DNA from: Ostrea edulis
Lineage: Eukaryota
Direction: 5' to 3'
DNA length: 64,000 nt
Assembly: GCF_947568905.1 (NCBI RefSeq)
Contig: NC_079171.1
Coordinates: 33,728,001-33,792,000 of the forward strand
Shown here: positions 32,161 through 44,254 of the stretch, one piece after another
Layout of the letters: the number at the start of each line of letters is the position of its first letter
Numbering within the stretch: position 1 is the first letter of the stretch
The notes under the pieces: generated by a model
What the model was told of the DNA's origin: nothing
The model's input: the letters and a program-made list of their open reading frames with translations, nothing else
Databases searched by the model: none
Position numbers and translations under genes: made by a program

Positions 32161-33614
32161 AAGGTTTATATATTGTTCACTTTTATTTATATAATTAATA
32201 ACAAATGTGTTACTTCCGCCATTAGATTTTTCTCTCTTTGTTTTTCTAAGTGCTAGCGAGCTGCCATCCTACTTATACTATATAGTTTCTTGTTTTTTGG
32301 TAATTAGCATCTAATTAATTTATATTCGGACGAACAAAGTGAGGGAGAATATAATTATAATTATATGCGGGTGTTTTATAGGTAGTCGGGTTCGAATATC
32401 ATTTGTATTGGTCACGTGGTGAAGGCATATAAATAGGCGAACATGTGTTTGTGCGGCATTCTAAGCACGCTCGCTAGCTCTACGTACAGGTAAATTTTAC
32501 AATATTTATATGGCGGATAGTAACCATTTATCAGATGACATTAATCTGTGTATATATTGATGTGTATTAACATGAGTAGTTTTGTTTGCGATATATTTCT
32601 TAAGGACATTACGAGTGATGAATAAAGTGCTAGCGAGCTGCCATCCTACTTATACTATATAGTTTCTTGTTTTTTGGTAATTAGCATCTAATTAATTTAT
32701 ATTCGGACGAACAAAGTGAGGGAGAATATAAAAGCTATTTTCCTAGGAACCATGCTGCCCAATTTTTTTTTAAGTTTGGACTTAGTTTTTTTTTCCATGT
32801 AGATTTTAATGTGGCAGGTACATTTAGTAGTTTTTTTTCATGTAGATTTTAATGTGGCAGGTACATTTAGTAGTTTTTTTTCATGTAGATTTTAATGTGA
32901 CAAGTACATTTGTACCAGTACACGAGGATTTAGTTTTTTTTTGCAGTAGATTTTACTGTGGCAAGTACATTTGTACCGGTGCACGAGTAATCATATTGCA
33001 ACACATATATTTTTCAATAAACTTGGTAACCGTAGTGTCATAAAACAACATAACAAACATGTACTTTAGTCAATGTCTGAACTATATGAATGTGTCAAAC
33101 AAAATATTTATATTTTTTATAGGTGTATTTGGACAGAAGAGCACCCAAGATCAATGTACCATATGGGATTCACCCAATGTTTAAGGCAAGTGCAAAGGTT
33201 GCAGAACCAGTACATCTACCAGTTACGCCATTGAACAACATAGTCATAAATGCTGAAGCCATGGTTTTGGGCTTCACTGCTGAAAATTCTTTATCATTTA
33301 CTCTTGTCCCTCAAGGGATTGAGCTAGCAAAAACATTGGCTGTTGATAAAAAAGCTTTGGATTCTCTGTCAATGAACAGAACTACTGCTTCATATAAAAC
33401 AGTATTTGGCCTTGGGAAAACATTTGAAGACCAGTTAGTGGATATCATGTCATCTAGTTTTTTTTTCGTTGAACATGGATGAAAGAATACCTAGGGACCC
33501 TCACCCGAGAGCAAAGTGGGTGTCAGCCATTAAGCGAGATTATTGGGAGCCCACCGAACATTCCAGAATATGTTCCAAACATTTTATAAACGGTAAATTA
33601 AATTTTAGTTCTCT

Positions 33615-34604
33615 ATGCAAGGTGAAAATAACGAACAGTGATCAATCTCATAACTCCTACATGCAATACAAAATAGATAGTTGGGCAAACACGGACCCCC
33701 GGACACACCAGAAGTGGGATCAGGTGCCTAGGAGGAGTAAGCATCCCCTGTTGACCGGTCACACCCGCCGTGAGTCCCATATCCTGATCAGGTAAACGGA
33801 GTTATCCGTAGTCAAAATCAGTGTGCCAAGAACGGCTTAACAATCGGTATGAAACACGTCAGACAGCATTTGACTCAATGCGAGATTGTATTGACGAACT
33901 AGATCGTTATAACGACCGTAGAATTTGCGAAATGCTGACTTCAAGCGAGATTGTTGAAATCCCTGTACCATCAACTTGTTTGTCAGTAGCTTACCTCGAT
34001 TTAAAAACTGACTATACCCAGAACAAGCTCTTGCATATCGAATCAGTTGAGATCTATAAACACCATATGCAGGTGATAATGGAATATTGCTACATAAATG
34101 TGGGAAGTTGACGATGGAGAAGCTGAAATCATCCCGTTTGTCATACAGTTGAGTTGTTAGTTTGCCGTTAATGTCTACTTTCAATAAAATATCTAAGTAT
34201 GAAGCAGAAGTGGACGACTCTGTGGTGTCCTTTATTTCCAGCTCACAGGGATATATCAAATCGACATATGAATGAAAGCTATCATTGTTAATAGACAAAA
34301 CGTCATCGAGATATCTAAAAGTCGAATTGAAGGTCACAGCAAGAGATTTTTTCTTCTCACGTAGAAGTTTTTGAATAAATTCTGCTTCATATGAATATAA
34401 AAACAGGTCAGCTAACAAAGGAGCACAATTCGTACCCATGGGAATTCCAACATATTGTTGGAAGACCTGATCACCAAAGACCACGAAGATATTGTCAATA
34501 AGGAACTCTAGCATATTTTTTATTTCAACTTCAGAGTACTTGTGCGTGTAATCAGAGTGGTATATATCAATAGAGTTTACGATTTTTATATACCTCTCAA
34601 ACAA
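33615..34604 (-). mobile_element. Penelope-like retroelement (Naiad-type), 5' truncated RT plus 3' UTR
   Basis: GIPMGTNCAPLLADLFLY and FRYLDD RT motifs. The ORF stops at VFHTDC with no C-terminal GIY-YIG, as in N-terminal-endonuclease PLEs. No polyA tail. Confidence 0.85.
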
Positions 34605-34976
34605 CAGATATGTGTGATAAAAAAAAAAGGGCCAAGATCACATATTCGACCGAATTTCCTGTTTAAAAGTCATGTTCGCAACATAATATCTTTACGTAAT
34701 TATCATACACAAAGCAATGTAAGCAACTTTCAAGTAATGATCAGTACTTTTGTAATGTTCTTGAATTCTTTAGGCCTTCTATATGGCTTACATGAATCAT
34801 ACAGAAGTGTAACTTAATTTTGGGAATGCCGATTGTATGGTTTCATAAATTATGACACTAGTGTTCTACACCTTTGTTGGCTTAAGTCCTTACAATATTG
34901 TTTTGTGTTTATTAATTTGCGGGGTTATGTTTTAATTTAATGTAAATCTTACCTTTAAATATTATGAAATAATTTC

Positions 34977-35742
34977 AACAAGAGGTACTGTGAGCAATGC
35001 TCACTAAGAATACCCCCCGCTTACCCCAATCTCCCAAAGGGTGTTGGTAATAGGTATAAACTACCTCTTTTCTGAGTGTAAAAAACAAATGGCATGACAA
35101 ACCGAACCATATTGCTACTTCGATGTCCAGTGCGCGTGACCTTTGACCTTAAAATCGATAGGGAACATCTTCATCCCATGGGTAGTCCATATGTATGATA
35201 TGGTGACTGTAGGTGTAAAGGATAACGCTTTAGAGCCCGGAAACCATATTGCTACTTCGATGTCCAGTGCGCTTGACCTTTGGACCCCAAAATCGATAGG
35301 GAACATCTTCATCCCATGGGTAGTCCATATGTATGATATGGTGACTGCAGGTGGAAATGATAATGCTTTAGAGCCCGGAAACCATATTGCTACTTCGATG
35401 TCCAGTGCACTTGACCTTTGATCTTTTGACCCCAAAATCGATAGGGAACATCTTCATCCCATGGGTAGTCCATATGTATGATATGGTGACTGTAGGTGGA
35501 AAGGATAACGCTTTAGAGCCCGGAAACCATATTGCTACTTCGATGTCCAGTGCGCTTGACCTTTGACCCCAAAATCGATAGGGAACATCTTCATCCCATG
35601 GGTAGTCCATATGTATGATATGGTGACGGTAGGTGGAAAGGATAATGCTTTAAGAGTCCGGAAACCAGTGCGTCTACAGACGGACAACCCGATTCCAGTA
35701 TACCCCCCCCCCCCCCCCCACAACTTGTTGCGGGGGGTATAA
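34977..35742 (+). mobile_element. Non-autonomous Helentron-type (HINE-like) element with ~128-135 bp tandem repeats
   Basis: AACAAGAGG start; about 4.5 copies of GGAAACCATATTGCTACTTCGATGTCCAG...; GACGGAC microsatellite; CCCC..CAACTTGTTGCGGGGG hairpin end. A second copy lies at 49210-49708. Confidence 0.75.
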
Positions 35743-38165
35743 AAACGTATCCATTATGTTTTCATTTTGTTTATATACAGAAAAACTGAGCTGTAAGAGG
35801 CTATGCGGGATGTAATTCTATCTTAATATGACGTCAATGCAAAAATACAGAACAAAGTTCCTGTAACTCGGTTTTCAATTATTTATTTTTACACAAATGC
35901 AGGTCATCCATCCAGGGAACCCACAAATCCAGATTATGTACCATCCATATTTTCATACAAGGATCAACCCAATGATTCCCTTGAAAGTAAAGTCCTTTGA
36001 CATCAGCGTCTCCAAGAACGAAAACAAATATTGCAAAGTTGGAATCTGCTGCAGCTCTGCTTTCATTGGGAAATGAACTACCAACATGGGTGCCAGGAAT
36101 CTCCACTCAAACTCCTGTTGCATCTTCATGTGGAATATCTATTCAGACAGACATTACCCTGCAAGTGATGGTAAGTTTGATATTCACAAACCAGTATCTC
36201 AAGCATGTGTGTGACAATCAAAAAGCAACTATTGATGACTTGACACTCCGTCAAGATGAGTTGCAAACCCGGTGTGACCAACAATTAAAAGAACTGCAGG
36301 ATTTGAGGAATTCAGTGCAAAAACTCGAGTCAGATAACAGAATTTTGACGGAGGAAATTGATAGAAAGACCTTAAGTTACAGCGCCATTAAGAACGATGA
36401 CAAGAGAACCAAAATTTTACACTGGTTTTCCTAACTTTTCTACATTGAAAAATTTGTTTGCTGTTGCATCCAAGGTTAAACTGCGGAAAACAAAGCCGCA
36501 ACAAGAGAATGAACTGCTGCTAACGTTAGTGAGGTTGAGAAGGAATTTGGCTATGGACGACCTCGCCTATCGATTCAACATCAGCCAGTCTTCTGTCACA
36601 AACATTTTCCACTCGTGGTTAGATGCATTGTACCAAAGTTTAGGTGGACTTGTGTGGCCGGAAACTGATCTCTGCCAGCTACCAACAGTGTTTCAGAACA
36701 ATGTGTTCAAGAAAGTTAAGTGCATCATTGACTGCACTGAAATTTTCATCGAAAGACCTTCAAAACTAAAGGCCCGTGCCCAGACATATTCCAACTATAA
36801 ACGTCATAACATAATCAAGATACTTGTTGGAGCAAGTCCAACTGGATGTGTCACATTCCTATCAACATGTTGGGGAGGCCCGGTCAGTGACAGACATATT
36901 ACAGTTAAGTCAGGTATATTGGACAAACGTTTACCAGACGATGTTGTGCTTGCAGATCGAGGGTTCCCAATGACTGAAGACTTTGCCCTAAAGGGAGCCA
37001 AACTCATTGTGCCATCCTTCACCAAGGGGAAAAGGCAGTTATCTAAAGAAGAAGTTGAAACTTCTAGGATGATGTCAAGGGCCAGAATACATACTGAGAG
37101 AGTTATTGGGCGCCTTAAGCATTTTGAAATTATCAAAGGACCTCTACAAATAATTCTGGTGAACAAGAGACACAGCAGTGTCATTCCTGCTGGTGACAAG
37201 ATTATACCTGTGGTTGCTGCTGTAGTGAACACAAATGCCTGGGGCTATTCTGTAAGACAACAATCAACAAGTGTGAATGTCAAACCCATTCTAAGTTAAT
37301 TTAATTTGTGGAAGTTAAATAAAACCACCAAGACCTTTGTGACTATGCTATTGGTAACAACATTAAGTATTTCTGAAATGTTGATGCTACATATAATTAT
37401 TGATGTTCACATTAAAAAAATTTGAATAAATTGAGGAACTTAGTTTTCAGTATTTTTCTCCCTTTTGTTCAGCAATGCATATTAGGTATTTTATACCATA
37501 ATGAAAATACCAATGTAGAGAATACATTATTAAAATTAATTTTCTTGAACTACTCCGACATATTCTTGAATAAAAGTTGTAAAGCAATATCATGATTTTA
37601 TGTTTTATTCAATGCAGCAAACATGAATTTCAATACACGAGTTGTTTTGAAAATATAGGTGCATTAAATGTTGCCCACTATGTGTAGTTGAATATACCAC
37701 AATATTAAATTGGAAAAAAAAAATTGAAATGTCATACTATATAGATGGTAGTGCACCCTGCCTTAACGATACACATGTCATGAATCAATTGTTCACGGTC
37801 TTCTTCTTTTTGAAGGTGGCAGCTTTCTACATGATAAACATTTCCAAGTTCCTTTGGGGACATTTTTTAACCCAACACATTTCATTTGGAACCACTCGAC
37901 ACTACATTGGCCAGAATCACACCCTATAAGATTGTCATAGTCCTCTGCTTTTCCACAAATGCAGACTGTTGTGTCATTCTGCCTCATGTTGTTAGTGACA
38001 TCACTGCTTAAACGATTAGTTAACAGTTCTGGTAAAATAGTTTTTGTGAAAGTTACTCATTTTTCCAAGTATGTCCTTGAAAAAGGTATGGTCACGTTTC
38101 ACTCGCTCGATGTGCAATCCATTCGGAGTCCAATAAACAAAGTCGCAAAAGGCTACATCACATAT

Positions 38166-38496
38166 GATTGAAGTCAGCATTTCGCAAATTCTATGGTCGT
38201 TATAACGATCTAGTTCGTCAATACAACCTCGCATTGGGTCAAATGCTGTCTGACGTGTTTCATACCGATTGTTAAGCCGATCTTGGCACACTGATTTGAC
38301 TGCGGATAACTCCGTTTACCTGATCAGGATATGGGGCTCACGGCGGGTGTGACCGGTCAACAGGGGATGCTTACTCCTCCTAGGCACCTGATCCCACCTC
38401 TGGTGTGTCCAGGGGTCCGTGTTTGCCCAACTATCTATTTTGTATTGCTTGTAGGAGTTATGAGATTGATCACTGTTCATTATCTTCAACTTGCAT
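38166..38496 (+). mobile_element. Naiad-type PLE 3' fragment inserted in the YqaJ gene
   Basis: RT C-terminus plus full 3' UTR, near-identical to other copies. Confidence 0.85.
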
Positions 38497-38976
38497 ATGG
38501 CAATGTGTCCTTGTATTTGATAAAAATACCTGGAGGATTGTCATAAAGATTCAGTCCATCTTTCATATTACATGCCCAGCTGTCATGTTTTTCTAAGTAA
38601 AAGCCATTCTCGGACACAGAACATGGATGACTGTTCACAAATTTGAATGGACAATTGATTTCAACAAGTCCAAGTCCTCAGCAAGGACACTCTGTCACTC
38701 AATCAGGACTGGCTCCTAATCTTGGATGATCAGGATGAAGAACCAATCCACTTTTTTCACCATGAATGCTGGGTTGTGTTTCCTCATTTCTGCCTCATAC
38801 TCTCTCAGTGCAGTGTCCTCATTTGACTTCCCCCATCTGATTGCTGCTGTATCAACACTTGTTGAGTACATCATAATTCTACGAATTAGAGAAATGCTAG
38901 GTTGTTGTTAATTTGTGTAGCAGATGTCATAAAAATTTGATGCAGTTAAACGTCCTTTTCTGTGACTGTGCCAATG

Positions 38977-39148
38977 CAGGATATGGGGCTCACGGCGGGT
39001 GTGACCGGTCAACAGGGGATGCTTACTCCTCCTAGGCACCTGATCCCACCTCTGGTGTGTCCAGGGGTCCGTGTTTGCCCAACTATCTAATTTGTATTGC
39101 TTGTAGGAGTTATGAGATTGATCACTGTTCGTTATCTTCACCTTGCAT
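38977..39148 (+). mobile_element. Naiad-type PLE 3' UTR fragment inserted in the YqaJ gene
   Basis: CAGGATATGGGGCTCACGG...CACCTTGCAT; interrupts the frame just before WHSHRKGRLTAS. Confidence 0.85.
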
Positions 39149-39681
39149 TGATAGGCTTTGTTGACATGTTAGTTTCTCAAGAATTGATGCTTCATCAACG
39201 GTTACTTTAATGTTTTTCGCTAGTTCACTGCACTTTGTGTCCAAATCTGCGTTAGGTAGTATTACACACTGTTCATCATAAAGTGAAGTCAGAAGACATG
39301 GTAATGAAGGGTTTGGAATGGGTGGGTTTGGTTGAGGATCGAGTACGCTAAATATGACTGCATTAGGGTTGGATTCCTTCAACAAGTCCAGGAAAGTGTC
39401 TGCTGTCAAAGTAAAGGTTGGGTTCAACTTCAAGTGCAGCCGATGGCAGGTGAAAAGTAGATTTCTTGAAGTTGATTTCCGATAAAGGAACTGCTTCAAC
39501 CTGTTAATTATCAATAAATAATTAGATGGATATATATATGAATCATTCCAATACACCATTAAAAGAATGGATATTCACCTTAACTTAGGTACTACTCTAC
39601 ATCGTCATAATGGTTGACTTCCTTTAAAAACTTGGATGAAAAAATCGATATCAGCAATATTTGATTTTTCCTTTTAAATAC

Positions 39682-39756
39682 CTAGCCGAGTAGCTCAGTA
39701 GGTTAGAATACCGACTGCTGAACTGTAGGTCGCAGGTTCGAAACCAGCAGGGGTTT
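39682..39756 (+). mobile_element. tRNA-derived head within an intronic repeat (not a tRNA gene)
   Basis: TAGCTCAGTAGGTTAGA (A box) and GGTTCGAAACC (B box), but no paired acceptor stem recognisable. Confidence 0.45.
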
Positions 39757-41416
39757 TAAATTTTTTTCAGATTGCCTTCTACTACAACTGTATTTTTTGA
39801 CAAAATAAAGTAAATTTGAAAACTTTCAACTTCAAAATATTGTTGTACATATCCTCCATTTTTCATCTACATCAAATTTCTCTGGTGTAGCATACCTCCT
39901 TAAATTTAATGATAGTTTAGTGTACTGGCATTTATATTCCAATACGATGTCAGTGTAGTATTGTGAAAATTTGTGTCACTTCCTTTGTTACATTATATTG
40001 CAAAGGATCATTGTCTATCTTATGAGGGAGAGGTTTAAGAAAGGGAAAACATAAAACAAACCTTCTTTGTGAAGTTTTGATTGCATTCACATGGCATTGA
40101 TGTACAGGATACTTTGTTGTAACCAAGCCGAACATTTGCTTCAACTTTGAAGAGAATTGCAGCGACATTGGAACAAACCTCCCCATTCTGTAAATAAAGG
40201 GAAAGTCAATTGTATCTGCTTAAAGCATATCATAATATATGTCATTTAATCAATTCTAATGATGCTAATAACAATAATAATATTTCTGAGATTCAACAAA
40301 ATTATTTTCATCATAGCCACACAAAATTAAGCAACACGTTATCACTGCATTAAATTTTATCTTCAAGACAACTATCTTACTACAATAATGCACCCCTCTT
40401 CATTTCTTTAGCACTTTTAGAGGGTGGGTTAAAAACAACCCCCATATATCTGCTCATCATATCTCTAGCATGCTTAGTCATTTGTATGCAATATATTTTC
40501 TTAAAATATTTCTTTTCAAAAACTTACCCTGCCATGCATGTGCAGTGTGCGTTGACAATTGTGTCATTATGTTTGTTTACACAAATCCACGCTTCATGTG
40601 GCTTCTCTGTTGTGTGATCTGTTTACTTTGGCACGCAAGAAGCAATTACCATCTCTGTTCATTTCACTAAACAACACTGTTTGCACCCACCCACTGTGGA
40701 AATAGTTGTATGCCTCTAGAGATCGATATGCTTTAGTGTTTCGCGGGTGAATTTACCAGGGCTGCCCACGAGGTAACAATAAATCTGTCCAACCTCCACG
40801 TCCGGCCATTTTGACACATTGTTTACCCAATTATCACTGTCTATAAATGGATCCTGACACAAATAACCTAATCCTAGCTGTAAAAGTTTATCCGTATAGT
40901 CAACTTGACAAGTCTCCAGCAGTGATTTGTAGTAAAAACTCATATCGATGAACAATCAGCTGATTCATTCAAAACAATCGTCTACGCGCCTTTCTTCTTC
41001 TTGGAACTTGCCCTACACTAACTACGCATGCGCGAGTTCAAGGGTCAAATTTTAAAAACAAAAGGCGTTTAATAAGAACTATAACTAGAATCAGCATATA
41101 TATTTTCACAAGAAATTTGATTTGTATCCGATGAAATTCTGAGACTTTTGAATACATAACCATACCGCTCCAACCATACATATAACTTGCTTTTAATTGT
41201 ATGTTGGATAAAAGGTTATATCCACTACTTCCATACAATATTGAAAAGATATAGTTCTTTAAAACCAAATCTATTGGCTTAGCATTTCTTAAAAATCATG
41301 ACAACTGTCAAAAGCTGCAGTGAAATGCAAATAGACTATAAAAAATATGATATTTAGTGTCAGGTTTCAAAATCTGTTTTGTCCTGTGTACATGTTTACA
41401 CAAAATATCAATCTAT

Positions 41417-42120
41417 TTTAGATATATCGATGACGTTTTGTCTATCAACAATGATAGCTTTCATTCATATGTCGATTTGATATATCCCTGTGAGCTCGAA
41501 ATAAAGGACACCACAGAGTCGTCCACTTCTGCTTCATACTTAGATATTTTATTGAAAGTAGACATTAACGGCAAACTGACAACTCAACTGTATGACAAAC
41601 GGGATGATTTCAGCTTCTCCATCGTCAACTTCCCATATTTGTGTAGCAATATCCCATTATCACCTGCATATGGTGTTTATATATCTCAACTGATTCGATA
41701 TGCAAGAGCTTGTTCTGGGTACAGTCAGTTTTTAAATCGAGGTAAGCTACTAACAAACAAGTTGATGGTACAGGGATTTCAACAGTCTCGATTGAAGTCA
41801 GCTTTTCGCAAATTCTATGGTCGTTATAACGATCTAGTTCGTCAATACAACCTGCATTGGGTCAAATGCTGTCTGACGTGTGTCATACCGATTGTTAAGC
41901 CGTTCTTGGAAACACTGATTTTGACTTCGGATAACTCCGTTTGCTTGATCAGGATATAGGGCTCACGGCGGGTGTGACCGGTCAACAGGGGATGCTTACT
42001 CCTCCTAGACACCTGATCCCCCTCTGGTGTGTCCAGGGGTCCGTGTTTGCCCAACTATCTATTTTGTATTGCTTGTAGGAGTTATGAGATTGATCACTGT
42101 TCGTTATCTTCACCTTGTAT
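41417..42120 (+). mobile_element. Naiad-type PLE, 5' truncated RT plus 3' UTR
   Basis: FRYIDDVLSINN..SASYLDILL..YDKRDDF matches 33837-34604. Confidence 0.88.
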
Positions 42121-42315
42121 GACAATGTATAATAAAGCATACCTTGATTTTACTGTGAGAGAAAAGCTGAATGTTCACTTTCTTCCTGTCTTTGTCGTCG
42201 GTCACAGAATTCGATGATGTTGCTGTATCCGTCAGCTGAGTGGATTTGGATTCAGTGAACAGTCGTTTTACTTTCCTCGGTGTTGGCGAGTGAACAATTA
42301 AATGTTTTTTTGGAT

Positions 42316-42627
42316 TTAGGTGTACATACTTGCTGTACGCTTATATCGCCCTTGTGCTTCAAGCGTAAATCGCGTATCAAAGTCATGCCTTTCAGATTTT
42401 AACTTTTCTAACTTTGTTTTTATGTTGTATTCGATTTTACCCAGTCTGTTTAGTTTATTCCAACACATACCGCAGATGTAATTCCCTTTTTCGTCATTTG
42501 GGTGAGGAATCTGATCTATTATTTCTAGCAGTTGATCATACACGCCAAGGCTTTCTCCAAAGATCGTTCGTCTTTGTTTATTGGGCAAAATTCCATGGCA
42601 AAGGCGACAACACGGACTCAAACCCAA
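42316..42627 (-). CDS. zf-AD (ZAD)-like protein fragment, probably a transposon accessory gene
   Basis: CCRLCH ~45 aa ICGMCWNKL followed by a coiled-coil-like segment; truncated by the adjacent PLE. Confidence 0.5.
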   Translation of the reverse strand: MGLSPCCRLCHGILPNKQRRTIFGESLGVYDQLLEIIDQIPHPNDEKGNYICGMCWNKLNRLGKIEYNIKTKLEKLKSERHDFDTRFTLEAQGRYKRTASMYT

Positions 42628-42942
42628 AGTGTATGTATGGCGCGATCTGATTGGATGGCCTGGAAAGTCGATGCGCGATATTTTGAAGGCTTAGAAACTT
42701 GACTAAATCTGCCAAGGGGTAGATGAGAGTAAGCGAATCGGACACTTGGCTTGCGAAAATGTTTCGTATTGTGTAATGTCAAACCTAAGTACGCCATAAT
42801 TTCCCGCGATAATATTTCATGTTTTGTTTATGCGTATTGATATGTGGGGGTGGGATTAAAGATGTCAACATCAGGATACATGTGTTGTGATTCAATATAG
42901 TGTGTTTTCCCAATTATTACATTGGCGACGAGGTAAAACTCA

Positions 42943-43125
42943 ATGGATCGATTACCAGAATTCGCAGCCTTTGACCATGCCGATACAGCCGACGCTGGAC
43001 CAAAATGGGGAAAATGGATCCGTTGTCTGGAGCTTTTGTTTACCGGCATGAACGTCGACGACAATGGGCGAAAAGGAGCCCTCCTCCTACACTACGCAGG
43101 AGAAAGAGTGTTTGATATTTTTTAG
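42943..43125 (+). pseudogene. Ty3/Gypsy gag N-terminal fragment
   Basis: F.AFD....GPKWGKWIRCLELLF.GMNV.D..RK.ALLLHYAGERVFDIF. Confidence 0.7.
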
Positions 43126-43593
43126 GCGGAGAAGGGAGACACAGCGCCCAATTATGTGGCCACAAAGCAAGTATTAATCTGACTATTTTTCCCCAGAAAA
43201 AACAATACAAAGACGTCCGTATACCCCTTGTTTGTTTTAGTACAGGTGTTCTTATACACCGTATTGAATTTTTTTACCCAGGTAACCTTCCCCTTACTCT
43301 TTTTAAGGACAGGTGTCCTTTCATACAGTATTCATTTTTTTTTTCAGACCCACAAATGTATCCCAAGATATCACTGGAAACATTTTTAGTCCTCACTCTA
43401 CAATAGACACGTCATTGCAATATCATCATGATGTCCTTTCCAGACCCACAAAACCAAAGTCAAGTGCAGTTATTTAAATTTCTACAGCAGGGTGCCTGTG
43501 TTAAGAAAGTCATCGATGACTACATCGTTTTCCATTCCGACGTAAATTCGTGTGCATTTTGTGAAAAACAATATATTTACGCAATGAATTTGT

Positions 43594-44050
43594 TCACAAA
43601 AAAGATTGTGTTGTCCGACTACCCTTGGAAGTGAAGTTTGCTCCTTGGTCTGAGTGGATCTTCGTTGGAAGTCCGTAGGGAATGACGAAGTTGTTAAAAA
43701 AGGCATCAGCAGTGGTCTTGGCAGTCAGGTTCCTAGTAGGGACAGCTACTGCAAACTTGGGAAAGTGATCCGTCATGACTAGGATGTTTTGGACTCCATG
43801 CATACCAGTTCAAGGGGGACTGACGTTTGGATGTTTACTAGTGCAGCTTTCTGGTTCGCAGGAGTCTTGAACTTCATATATCGGTCGCACTCCTCTATCC
43901 ATCTCCGAATGTCGTTCCTCATCCTTGGCCCATTTTGCTGTGAAGTAAATCCATAACTAATGGAACAACATCTCTAGTAATGATAATCTGCTGTTTCTTA
44001 GAACCATCGGCTAAAGTGACTTCTCTAATCAGCAAGTTGTCAACTACTCT
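43594..44050 (-). pseudogene. Ty3/Gypsy integrase fragment
   Basis: ILVMTDHFPKFAVAVPTRN.TAKT.ADAFFNNFVIPYGLP.KIHSDQGANFTS. Confidence 0.8.
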
Positions 44051-44254
44051 CAGCTTCTTAAAACTCTTGTACAGAGATTTTTCAAAATCGCACTCAAAGA
44101 GTCCATGTTGGGTCTAATTCCTCTCTGGACGTGGTTGAACCAGCTAGATAATTATCATAATATTCAAGTCAGTAGCTCAAAATACTCAAACATACCATTT
44201 TATATAGAAATGCATTATATACATATTAGATAAGAAATGACTCGCCATCCCGCT

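Larger units (their letters stand above)
29230..32731 (+). mobile_element. Ngaro-type tyrosine-recombinase retrotransposon, internally deleted (no RT/RNase H), inserted in the hAT intron
   Basis: Split direct repeats A1 29230-29378, B1 32248-32354, A2 32351-32499 and B2 32625-32731 (A1-ORFs-B1-A2-B2), with gag-like and YR ORFs between. Confidence 0.85.
28783..33481 (+). pseudogene. hAT-like transposase 5' part (exon 28783-29070, intron 29071-33122, exon from 33123), truncated at the first catalytic Asp
   Basis: WKWEWLE..IRKI..ELC.KEINY..LEQH zinc-finger-like exon; CAG|GTAAGT donor and TTTTTTATAG acceptor; SMNRTTASYK..GL..FFSLNMDE. Confidence 0.6.
33482..37299 (+). pseudogene. THAP + HTH + Harbinger-type DDE transposase (spliced, frameshifted)
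   Basis: THAP WVSAIKR..W.P..SRICSKHF (33482-33591) continues after the intron as GHPS..PDYVPSIF (~35902). DDE core IIDCTE / LADRGF / IHTERVIG in 36397-37299; frameshift near 36400-36434. Confidence 0.85.
37793..40955 (-). pseudogene. ISL2EU second gene: SWIM + YqaJ lambda-exonuclease + PHD finger
   Basis: N-terminal WPDVEVGQIYCYLV (40716-40955); GEVCSNVAAILFKVE SWIM (~40130-40190); HRKGRLTASNF, RWGKSNE, LGASPD and VEINCPF YqaJ (38600-38975); CDFVYWT (38100-38165); PHD CICG..CD..C..WF...CVGL...PKGTW.C..C (37793-37987). Confidence 0.85.
33482..41040. mobile_element. ISL2EU-type DNA transposon (THAP-DDE transposase convergent with a SWIM/YqaJ/PHD gene), 5' truncated and heavily nested
   Basis: Two convergent genes with the ISL2EU architecture. 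Hosts three Penelope-like insertions and one HINE. The right boundary is approximate. Confidence 0.75.

Noticed and set aside
35115-35723. Repetitive ORFs (DIEVAIWFPGSK...)
   Set aside because: Translations of HINE internal tandem repeats.
38280-38496. Hammerhead ribozyme in the PLE 3' UTR
   Set aside because: CUGAUCA lacks the CUGANGA core and there is no matching GAAA.
39682-39756. Functional tRNA gene (also 12278-12350 and 16945-17000)
   Set aside because: A/B boxes are present but there is no complete cloverleaf; the context indicates SINE or repeat heads.
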